DNA of 64,000 nucleotides from positions 1 through 64,000 of the IMG/VR virus record IMGVR_UViG_3300040801_002079; one strand, written 5' to 3'. Made by a program: the position numbers and the translations under genes. Shown one piece after another: positions 38,749-48,160 of the stretch. Within the stretch, counting starts at the first letter, position 1; each line of letters begins with the position of its first letter. A model generated the notes under the pieces. It searched no databases, was not told the DNA's origin, and saw only the letters and a list, made by a program, of their open reading frames with translations.

Positions 38749-40221
38749 TCAAAGGGTTACAGACTTATATCTTTCGGAATTTAGAACCTCAAGCATTAGC
38801 TCGTATGGTCCAATAAATTCTCCAGTCATAAGTGACTGCAAGATTGATGGTGAGAATCCAGAAACGTTCTGGAATCCCCGCTCGTCCATGCTCATTGGGA
38901 ACTGCACATTACGTGCATTAACATTCCAGAATACAAGCTTGGGCATTTCGTATCCAGCACGGCTGAACTTGTCAGCAATAGTCTGGAATAGAGTGCTATT
39001 GCTACGACTTGTGGCACCATCAAATTCCATATCGGAAATGATGTAAAGCTTGTCAAGCATTTCACTCTTTGGAACATTGTTCTTAATTGCTGCATCTAAT
39101 ACAAGATTAAACACGGCTTCAATGTTCGTATTCATGTCCCAACTTGCTCTCCAGAGATTGTTAACCTTCTCCACAATGTTGGCACCCTTAAGCTCCTGTA
39201 GCTTAGGACGATTGCTAAAGGTAATGAAGTGATCCTTGTATGGACCCTTAGCACGTTCAGCTAAGTAAATACCCAATCCAAGGGCTACATCTCGTGGCAA
39301 TCCATCACCCATACCCATTGATCCGGATGTATCAACAACCGCGATTGAGTTTTCAGCTTCACCCGTAAAATCAGGCAAGTTGTTCCACATTGCTTCGGCA
39401 ACATTGGTATCAATATTTCCACCGCGCATGATCTTACCAACAATTTCATGAGGGTAAAGAACGGACACATTAATCTTGGCTTCACCAGTATTAACCGCGT
39501 TGATGAAGTCAGTGTAACGTGCACGGTCATGCTTAGCGAACGCATTTCGATACTTCATCATTGCGTTAGATGGAACGCGAGAATACTCAATCTCATCCCA
39601 CTGATTCGCAGAAGTCTTACGTTCGACAACATCAAGGTGCTTACGCAACTTAGACAATGCCTTGCGATATGAACGAGAATCCATACCCAATGCTTCACGG
39701 GTCTTACGTGCAAGACGCTTGGTTTCACGGCTTGACGCATTTTCAGACTTCAACCACTTTGCAAGCAATGAGATATTGTCATCTTCAAAGAAGCTGAACA
39801 TATCCTTGTTGAACTGCTTAGCAAGAGCATCATATGCGTCACGCTCAACTTCAGTTCCGTCAAGCGCATAAACATCGTCCCAACGTCCATATTCTGGAAT
39901 ATTAGAAATGTTCTTTCGCGCTGTGTCTTCTGCTAATTCCGCTAACAGCTTGTACTGGTTACGGAACGCCTCGCGCTGGCCCTGTCCTCCACGAACATCA
40001 CGGAAATAGAACATAGCCTTAAGAGCTAGTTCGGGATTTTCAGCCCATGCTCGTAAGAACATGTCCTGCTGCTTTTCAGGGCTTAACATGCGAATAGCAC
40101 CACCCTGAGAAAAGAAATCTAAAACGGCTGAATTAGTAGTTGCCTTAGCAACCGCGCCATTTTCAGTTAATGCGTAATTATCAACACCCTTAAGTGCGTT
40201 TAAGAATCGTGTAGTCATCAT
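38749..40221 (-). CDS. DUF2828-type TROVE-like + vWA protein (Ro60-related architecture)
   Basis: TENGA...LDFF, RDVRGGQGQR, YGRWDD, LAKWL, YSRVPSNAM helical region; MIDAS VDTSGSM, NTN, ISDMEFD, FWNV, SGFS. Confidence 0.85.
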   Translation of the reverse strand: MMTTRFLNALKGVDNYALTENGAVAKATTNSAVLDFFSQGGAIRMLSPEKQQDMFLRAWAENPELALKAMFYFRDVRGGQGQREAFRNQYKLLAELAEDTARKNISNIPEYGRWDDVYALDGTEVERDAYDALAKQFNKDMFSFFEDDNISLLAKWLKSENASSRETKRLARKTREALGMDSRSYRKALSKLRKHLDVVERKTSANQWDEIEYSRVPSNAMMKYRNAFAKHDRARYTDFINAVNTGEAKINVSVLYPHEIVGKIMRGGNIDTNVAEAMWNNLPDFTGEAENSIAVVDTSGSMGMGDGLPRDVALGLGIYLAERAKGPYKDHFITFSNRPKLQELKGANIVEKVNNLWRASWDMNTNIEAVFNLVLDAAIKNNVPKSEMLDKLYIISDMEFDGATSRSNSTLFQTIADKFSRAGYEMPKLVFWNVNARNVQFPMSMDERGFQNVSGFSPSILQSLMTGEFIGPYELMLEVLNSERYKSVTL

Positions 40222-40248
40222 TTTTCTCCTGTGTTAAGTTTCTACAAC

Positions 40249-40434
40249 AAGACGGCTTTTTTGCTTTTCACCATGCAGTATATTTGCTGTTACCGTCTTT
40301 AATATTACTAGGTACTTTACTAGCTTCTGTGTTTGAGACAGATTGTAAGTAGTATTGCTGTTAGTACCTAAATCTAACTAGATGCCTTTCTTCTCTTCAT
40401 TGACGTAGAATGTTATAATTGCTGTAAGCATCTA
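40249..40434 (-). ncRNA. Array of three hairpin RNA units with invariant ACAGCAA (40379-40434, 40309-40370, 40249-40299)
   Basis: Different 7-8 bp terminal stems, each self-complementary, with ACAGCAA at the same position in all three; no ORF. Confidence 0.7.
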
Positions 40435-40582
40435 AAAACTAACTTTCTTCTTTAATAAATGATGTGCATTTTGTGCTCACCGTGTAATTGATCAAGTGCC
40501 TAATTTGTCAATTTTATAAAACTATTTAGTAATCTTGCAAAAAAGTGTAAAAATTATTTTTTTACGATCTTTATGGGGAGCC

Positions 40583-40610
40583 ATTATACACATAAAACAG
40601 TGTTTGTCAA
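40583..40610 (-). promoter_or_regulatory. Consensus sigma70 promoter facing the hairpin array and TROVE gene
   Basis: TTGACA-N16-TATAAT-GGCTCCCC with A-tract upstream. Confidence 0.8.
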
Positions 40611-40645
40611 CCCCTAATTTTAATTTTTTTTTTGAATAAATTTAT

Positions 40646-40825
40646 TTAAGCTTTTTTCTTACTCAAAAGAGATGCCGCGCCCATAGTTCTAACAGTGTTA
40701 ACATTGTCACACTCTGGACAACGAGCATCTTCAATATTTTCTAGTAGTGTGGGGTCTGCTAAAAACTTATGACCACATTTTAAACATATGAACCGATGAA
40801 GTGTTTCATTTTCCCTTAATTTCAT
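40646..40825 (-). CDS. 59-aa zinc-ribbon protein (FmdB-like), absent from the ORF track
   Basis: Hand translation MKLRENETLHRFICLKCGHKF...RCPECDN...KKKA*; two CxxC. Confidence 0.6.
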   Translation of the reverse strand: MKLRENETLHRFICLKCGHKFLADPTLLENIEDARCPECDNVNTVRTMGAASLLSKKKA

Positions 40826-40855
40826 TATCCCGTACCACTCTTTTCAATAAACATA

Positions 40856-41044
40856 TCAATATTCCTCTTTAAAATCGGAAGCAATAAGTGATTCTATATT
40901 ATGAACCTTTAAATCAATAACCTCTTGACCTAAAACATGCAACGTTTTTTTAGTCTCTTTAATTGCATCATCTTCAGAGGATGCATGTACAATTTCCGAA
41001 AAAACTACTGTCGCTGTACCCTCAACTTCATAATATTTTTTCAT
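40856..41044 (-). CDS. Hypothetical protein
   Basis: AGGTG RBS, 62 aa. Confidence 0.5.
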   Translation of the reverse strand: MKKYYEVEGTATVVFSEIVHASSEDDAIKETKKTLHVLGQEVIDLKVHNIESLIASDFKEEY

Positions 41045-41105
41045 ATATCACCTATGGTCTTTTGTTAGGTGAAGTATATCGCACTATAATTCGGTTTGCA
41101 ACATA

Positions 41106-42254
41106 TTAATGAAACATTAGGTATGTTCCTAAAACCCCCCTATGGTTCGCAGAATTATCCCCTTCTTTGGGTCTAACTATGACATTCCATTTGGGTTTAT
41201 CCCCTAGATTTTTTAGATTTTTCATCATTTCATTATATGTTAAGATTGTGTTAATATCTATTCCATAATGATCCGATAAGCGTTGTTTGAAATCCTGAAG
41301 GGCTTGCTTATTCTTAAACATCATTTTCCCTTCTTCATCCCTAACCATTTTGCGACCATCTTTTTTAATTAAATCATTAAATAAAGATTTTGGTACGACC
41401 ACGCTATGCTTTTCGTCTTCGAAGTTAATTCGCTTTTCTTCTTTATTGAGTGCACCTTTACTAAAGTTCATAATAAAATTATCTGGGGCTTTAGCCTTAA
41501 ATGCATCTGAAACTTTTGTATAAGCATAGAAGTCAACATTTGGGAATTTCTTTGCAACACGAAATGCCATATCTAAATACTGTGGACTAAAAAAATCACC
41601 GTCATCATGCCATCTAATAGCGATCCTCCCCGGCTCACCATTATCAAGGCTAGATATTTCACTAGAAAGTTTATTTTCAAATCCCTCGGGATCATTCAAT
41701 AAAAAGTTAAGAACTTGTGCGTGATTTTTGCTAGAGTCTGGGTATTGTATATACCCTCCTTTCATCGCATAACAATATAGTTTACATTCTCCTGCGCCGG
41801 GGCATGTATTAACAATAACAAATTCCCCTGTATCCTCATCTACTGCTAATCCCCTCAGAGCGGGTAGCCCTATATTATAAAATATCTGTTCTGAGCCATC
41901 ACTGTGTTTCATTTTAGAATTTTGTTTAAGAATATTATCTGGGCGAGTTGTTATTTGTTTTTTCAAATCAGCGGTATCATAGGTATTACCAGACTCGTCT
42001 TTAATTTTTATATTGCTGCCATGAACGTAAGGATTCTTAAATTTATCTCTTTTTTCTTTGCTTTTTGTCTTAATTCGATTTAAATAATCCTGCATTTCAT
42101 CTTCAGGGAAAGGGGTTGTTTGTGCTCCTAACCCTAATGGGGCCTCAGTAAGATTGTTTCTCAGAAAATCATCTAGGCTCATTACCCTTAGACCATTTTT
42201 ACGCTTTTTCTTGCCTTTTTTTATTTCATTTATTAAAATATCATTAATTTTCAT
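41106..42254 (-). CDS. GP88-family protein (radical-SAM-like Cys cluster)
   Basis: TCPGAGECKLYCYA, IRWHDDGDF, FYAYTK; start trimmed to MKINDILINE downstream of AATAAATA. Confidence 0.75.
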   Translation of the reverse strand: MKINDILINEIKKGKKKRKNGLRVMSLDDFLRNNLTEAPLGLGAQTTPFPEDEMQDYLNRIKTKSKEKRDKFKNPYVHGSNIKIKDESGNTYDTADLKKQITTRPDNILKQNSKMKHSDGSEQIFYNIGLPALRGLAVDEDTGEFVIVNTCPGAGECKLYCYAMKGGYIQYPDSSKNHAQVLNFLLNDPEGFENKLSSEISSLDNGEPGRIAIRWHDDGDFFSPQYLDMAFRVAKKFPNVDFYAYTKVSDAFKAKAPDNFIMNFSKGALNKEEKRINFEDEKHSVVVPKSLFNDLIKKDGRKMVRDEEGKMMFKNKQALQDFKQRLSDHYGIDINTILTYNEMMKNLKNLGDKPKWNVIVRPKEGDNSANHRGVLGTYLMFH

Positions 42255-42507
42255 AGTTTTTCCCCATGTCTTAATATATTTATTGATTTCAATAAACACT
42301 GATGATAAGATTATCGCAATATGGGAGTAAATTATAATGAGCAAACAATTTTTATTAGAATTTGATTATGAGGGGTGGTGTCAAGGTCCCGAGAAAATGC
42401 ATACAATGGTTCTCGTTTATGCTACTTCATTTGATGATGCAGTATTGAAATTGCGAAAAGAGTATGATATGGTTAAGAATGTGAAAAATAGGACTATAGA
42501 ATAAAAT

Positions 42508-42945
42508 ATGAATAAACCCAAAAAACACAACAGCTTATTGGACGTTAAAATAAAAACCGAATACCCTCCAAACATTGAGAAAATTCGTGACGTTCTTCCA
42601 TTATCAGGAAAAGAAATCTTTGCATGGGATGGAACAATTTATAATCCGGGCAAAGGTGGAATATCATATGCACTAATTGAGCATGAGCGTACACACTTTA
42701 AACAGCAAAATGGTGATCCTGAGGCATGGTGGGACCAATACTTGATTGATCCCGAGTTTCGCTTTGCACAGGAATTAGAAGCACATCAAGCTGAATACAG
42801 AGCATATTGTAAATCAGAAAGAAATCGAAATAAAAGAGCAAGGTATTTGTTTGAAATTGCGGCACGATTAGCATCACCCATGTATAATTGTCCCATATCA
42901 CAAACTGAAGCTATGAAATACATCAAATCAAACAGGAGCTTATAA
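42508..42945 (+). CDS. Small zincin-like HExxH protein
   Basis: IEHERTHFKQQ...ELEAH. Confidence 0.6.
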   Translation: MNKPKKHNSLLDVKIKTEYPPNIEKIRDVLPLSGKEIFAWDGTIYNPGKGGISYALIEHERTHFKQQNGDPEAWWDQYLIDPEFRFAQELEAHQAEYRAYCKSERNRNKRARYLFEIAARLASPMYNCPISQTEAMKYIKSNRSL

Positions 42946-43151
42946 TGCAAAAGACGAATTGGATAGTATCCGGAACAAGCACAGTTGATGATACCAAATA
43001 TGGACCACTGGTATTACATGATTACCCAACAAACGATATGATTAGAGATATCATTAAAGATTGGGGTGGAACATTCGATCCCAATGGGACTGGCAACTAT
43101 GGTTCAAACATTACAGTAAAAATAGACGTAGTGAACGTAGAGATTAAATAA

Positions 43152-43571
43152 ATGAGTGAGAATCCTAAACAAGCATTAGGGGATAAAAAAATACAGTTAC
43201 AAATTGTGCCCCCTGCTGCAAAAATCGCAATTGCTAATGGATTAGTTGAAGGTGCTGAAAAGTATGGGCCATGGAACTGGAGAGATATCCCAATACGACT
43301 AATGACATATGTTGGATCGGCGCAGAGGCACCTAGATGCATGGATTGAAGGTGAAGAACTTGATCCTGATGGTGATGGCAAAACCCATCTAGAGGGTGCC
43401 ATAGCATCTCTTGCTATTATACTTGACGCAATATCTAGTGGATCAGCAATTGACGATAGGCCACAGACACCAAATGAGGGAGTGTTAAAGGCATTGAAAC
43501 AGGGTAGCCACAAATATAAGGAGAATGATAATGGACATGACCGATTATCAGAGATACCGAATATCAGATGA
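43152..43571 (+). CDS. dATP/dGTP diphosphohydrolase domain protein (DUF5664-like)
   Basis: NPKQALGDKK, GAEKYGPWNWR, RHLDAWIEGEELDPD, HL, DDRP. Confidence 0.8.
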   Translation: MSENPKQALGDKKIQLQIVPPAAKIAIANGLVEGAEKYGPWNWRDIPIRLMTYVGSAQRHLDAWIEGEELDPDGDGKTHLEGAIASLAIILDAISSGSAIDDRPQTPNEGVLKALKQGSHKYKENDNGHDRLSEIPNIR

Positions 43572-43978
43572 AGAGCTAAATCAAATTACACATACTACAT
43601 TTCTCAACAGCCCTCCTCTTGTGGGTAAATTAATCCAACATTTGGTTGCGGAAAGATTAGCTTTCGAGGAATGTTTAGGTAATTATCAACAGGAAATAGC
43701 ACTCTATAGAGAAGAAATTGAAAGAATTAAAGGGCAAAAAGATGAATAGACCTCCCAGTAATCCATATAACGTATCGAAGAGTGATGCTAAGCGTATACG
43801 GAGACAAAATCAATCTAAATATTATCAAGAGCTTGAGGCTCGAATTGAAAGAATTGAAGAAAGTGTTAAGTGGTTAGAAGATCAGTTTGGAAAAGAAAAT
43901 CAAACTGCATACTTCGTTGATGCTGAAGCGTGTAAAAAAATTAAAAAATCCTTAGATAATTAAACCCCGCCGCCATAA

Positions 43979-44251
43979 TTAAGGACTCATCAACGCTATA
44001 CTATCTTCATCCCAGTGATGTTGCATCATAAAACGCTGGACACGCTTTAATTGTGATCCCTCAAATGATTTAGCTTGCAACGCATGTTTATATATGTCCA
44101 ATAATGACGGTACGGGGTATTTCTCTAAAAACCCCTTGAGTGCTTGCATACGCTTTTCGAATTTGATATCTCCATGCCAAGCAAACTCATCACGAGTTGA
44201 TGCCTTTTTCTTAAAAAATGGCGATTCTGTTAGTAAGTCATCTATTCTCAT
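43979..44251 (-). CDS. Small late protein with capsid-targeting-like N-terminus
   Basis: MRIDDLLTE, 5 nt after TATAAATA. Confidence 0.6.
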   Translation of the reverse strand: MRIDDLLTESPFFKKKASTRDEFAWHGDIKFEKRMQALKGFLEKYPVPSLLDIYKHALQAKSFEGSQLKRVQRFMMQHHWDEDSIALMSP

Positions 44252-45354
44252 ATTTGTATTTATACAAATCGTGTGATATAATGCAAGCATGGATACCATA
44301 GAAATTACACGAAGTGAATATGAGCGCCTGAAAAGAGAGGCCGAGCTTCGCATGGAAGATGCCAACGAGATGGTTAGACTTAGGCGCAGACTCGTTCAGG
44401 CTGAAAATTGCATGTGGAGCATGATGTCATTGTCTAGTCTAGCATTAGAAAATGAATACAAACATTATATAAAATTACAGGAGAAGTAGCGCATGACTAC
44501 GGTATACACCCAAACATCGGAAGAACTTACGCAATTTGCAAATCAAGTAAAGGATGTATTAATGGACGTTACGGGCCATAATGATTTGGAAGATTATGTC
44601 GTGACTATAGGAAAAGGCTCAACATTTAGGAGGTTCGCTCAAAAATGGCTAGGATATGATCCAAAAGATAACGCTGATGATAACTTAAAAATTGTAGTAA
44701 CAAAGGCCGTGGTTACATCAGCACAGGATTAAGAAAGGGAGTACATGATGAATGACATTCTAGAACGCCATCAGCGCATTGGTCAGGTCTTATCTGGTGC
44801 ATTCAGTGTCAATGATGGACCAATGGTGGATTGGGCGGAGATCGGATTTGAAATCAAGCGTTTGCAGAAAGAGCTTGATAAGGAAAAAACAAACGGAGAG
44901 GCTCTTCAGGCTAAAATTGATAGTCTCATGTTAGAATATTGCCCCGAAGATATAAGTGAAGAGCAATACAATGAATGGGCTTCGCATCAAGTACCAGTAG
45001 ATGTCCCCGATTTTAAAGAATGGGTTAAAACGTTGGGGTATAAAGAAGAATAATGGAAATTAATAGTGACCAAATAAGTGAAATCTATAAAGAAGTGTAT
45101 CATATGATAATGGAAAGAGATTTTCAGAGTATTGATAAGAAATACCAAGAATTTAATGTTAAAGAGTTGAATATGGTGCTCTTGGTCGGACTGCCCAGAT
45201 TAACATATTTGTATAGAGACGAAATGGACGAATGGGATTCATTTTTAGAAAGATGTAAAAACGAGATTGATGAACGAGGTGAGAATTCAGAAGAATTACT
45301 TAAAGGTTTGTTATAACCCTACCACCCCCTAAAAATTTTTTTGAGGTAATAATA

Positions 45355-46287
45355 ATGTCAAAATGGCGAAATACAGTAAATCACCCAGAGTTTGAAAAGA
45401 ATTGGAACAGAGAAGCTCCAAGTTTTGCAAACATCAATCTTCTGGGAAAATGTAACGCAGATTGCTATTTCTGCTTGGGAAAGGATATTGATCCTGTATT
45501 ATCTCAACAAAATCAGATATCTACACACTTTTCTGAATGGAAAAACTTCAATGATTTTCTCATAATGTGTTGGGAAAATGCCGTTACTAACATTTATGTA
45601 ACAGGCCAAAACACAGATGCATTAATGTACAGATATTTACCTGAACTCATTGATTATTTACAGGATGAGTGCAATCTTAACGTTGGAATACGCACCAATG
45701 GTTACTTGTCTCATAAGCACATTGAAACAATGCGCAAATGTCGCAGAAGCGTGGGCCTTTCAATTCACTCACTAAATTCTGATACCAATAAGCTAATTAT
45801 GGGGCGCAATTGTGAAAAAATTATAGATTGGGCCAACCTTATCCCCCAACTAAATCGGGTGCGAGTCTCTATTGTTGTAAATCGTTATAATGAAAAGGAA
45901 ATTTTCGGTTTAATGCATTATATTTCCAGATTTCCTAATGTGAAATACATTCAGTTACGACGAATCTGTACCGATAGTAGAGAAGAATTTTTGTTACCCG
46001 ATGTTGAAGCATTTGAAAGGATAGCTAAAAAGATTAAGAAAAACAAGCACATGGAGCCAATAGGTGACTTTTATGGGGCACCACTTTATAACATTTACGG
46101 CAAAGAAGTGTGTGTTTGGAGAACGGTAAAGACAGATATCGATAGTTACAATTATTTTACTGATGGTACAATAAGTGATGAATACTTTGTCGTTGAGGGT
46201 TATATGCGGGATTCTGTTAACTATCCAAAAATAGATTTGAAACCCATTGATGCTCACGGACAAGGACTTGAAGGTTTTTGGAGATAG
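45355..46287 (+). CDS. Radical SAM protein
   Basis: CNADCYFC (CxxxCxxC), RTNG, LSIHS. Confidence 0.85.
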   Translation: MSKWRNTVNHPEFEKNWNREAPSFANINLLGKCNADCYFCLGKDIDPVLSQQNQISTHFSEWKNFNDFLIMCWENAVTNIYVTGQNTDALMYRYLPELIDYLQDECNLNVGIRTNGYLSHKHIETMRKCRRSVGLSIHSLNSDTNKLIMGRNCEKIIDWANLIPQLNRVRVSIVVNRYNEKEIFGLMHYISRFPNVKYIQLRRICTDSREEFLLPDVEAFERIAKKIKKNKHMEPIGDFYGAPLYNIYGKEVCVWRTVKTDIDSYNYFTDGTISDEYFVVEGYMRDSVNYPKIDLKPIDAHGQGLEGFWR

Positions 46288-48160
46288 TATATGACCTTAA
46301 AACACATGTACTCTGAAAAAGCAGAACTCTGGTGTTCACAAATATCAGAAGATGATCCATTTCGTTATTATGTACATAATGGCGCATGGCATTTTAGAAA
46401 AAATGGTGATACTATATGGGTTGAAGAAACCGGCCACACATTTGAAGTCGATGATTGGGTAGAAATTACAAAAGATCAACTAATATGGGAGAGGGTGGAT
46501 AAAAAATGAAATGTAAAAAATGCGGAAATAAGATGTATACATCTTTGGGACATGGAACGATGTCAACATGTGTTGGGTATATGTCACCCCCCGGTCATAA
46601 TCATGACGATAACTGTGTAACACGACAGTATGATTGTTCGTGTGGAAACAAAGTAATAGTAAGTAAAAGAAACCGCTGCTCCAATCCCGATTGTGATTGG
46701 GTTGGAAAAGATGAATGTTTCTGTCACGAAGGTAAAAAAGTGGAGGAATGGCCTGATGAGTAAACAGGGTGGAGATTATGTGCGACTGAACTATAAGCCT
46801 AAATTTATACAATTGGTTACCGAAGCCAATTTAGGATGGGGAAATACTAGTTTGGTTGGACTGTGTGATGATGGAAGTGTTTGGTACCTCTATACAAAGA
46901 AGAATGTCGATAGAGGCGGGTATGAAGTTAAATGGATCAGGGTTCCAGATATTGAACCGGAAGTCCTAGACAATAATGCCGAGTCTGAAAGTCAAACAAG
47001 TGTTAAAGAAGAACTAAAGAAAAATATTGCGTCCAAGAATGGGTATGCGATTAAACGAGACTGATATGATAACTTACTTTTTAAACTGGATGGGTCCAGT
47101 TGCAAACAGATGGTATACGGAAAGAGGGTTAAACCCCACTGATCCCAAGGATCGCTATGCTACCGGCAGAATCGACATTCATATCCCTGATGAATATAAC
47201 AAGGAATATGGTGTATACCCAATGAAAGCAGCATCATGGAATAAATTAGGTGACTGGCTATGGACATTGGAAACTGAAAAAGTTTTAGGAAAAAGTGAGC
47301 TTTTTCAAAGATTTGAAGAAGAAACTGGACACAAAATAGAGTGGTGGGAAAATGAATGACGATATGAAAACATTAGAACTTGATGATATATTCACCCTTA
47401 AGGGATGTGAGCCTGATAGCAATATATCATTCTATAATAATCATGCCAAAGAAATTGGAAAATTGATATGGGATGATGATGGTTTAAAGTTTGAAGGGAA
47501 TGCAAACGAAGCGGCAGAGATTTTCTTTAATGAGATAATCATGTTGTATGATAAAAACATGAAAGAACTTGGAAACTTAAGGACCGAAAATTGGAACATT
47601 AAGCGAGAAATAGCTGAACTCATTGAAGCGTGGAAGGAGTGTGAAGATGATGACGAAGTTGTTCCCATGATTAAAACTCTCATTAAAATGTTCGTTTATG
47701 ATCTTAAGAAATTGAAAGGCATGGCTCATGAAAATTGATAATAGACCAAAGAAGGGCATGTGGGCACCCGGAGAATATTTCTGTCGGTGCTTTGACTGCT
47801 ATGACGAGTTCATGGGTGATAAACGTTCTATGCAATGTGCGGATTGTGCATACCAAGAGGCTGATGAGTTAAAAACAAAATATGATAATTTACTGGAACG
47901 TGAGTGCAATCATGGAAGCCAACTCTGGGAAGCAAATCGTGCCATAGAAGAACTTTTGGAGAAGGTTGAAAAAGCTTACACTCAAGGATGGGAAGATGGG
48001 TGTCATAATAGGGGTTGGTCAGCAAATCAGCGTAAACAGCGAGTACAAAACATCTTAAAGGAGTGAGAAATGTGTAATTTTATCAAAGGTATATGCACTG
48101 TTAGTGTCATGGGAGCCATTATCCTTTGGCATGTTTTTGTAGAAATTCCATTAGAGGATA

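Noticed and set aside
40249-40434. Hairpin array as CRISPR or as stacked terminators
   Set aside because: Only about 7-9 nt are invariant, stems differ, no cas genes are present, loops are over 30 nt and there are no U tracts on the transcribed strand
40441-40520. Possible fourth array unit
   Set aside because: No ACAGCAA and no convincing terminal stem
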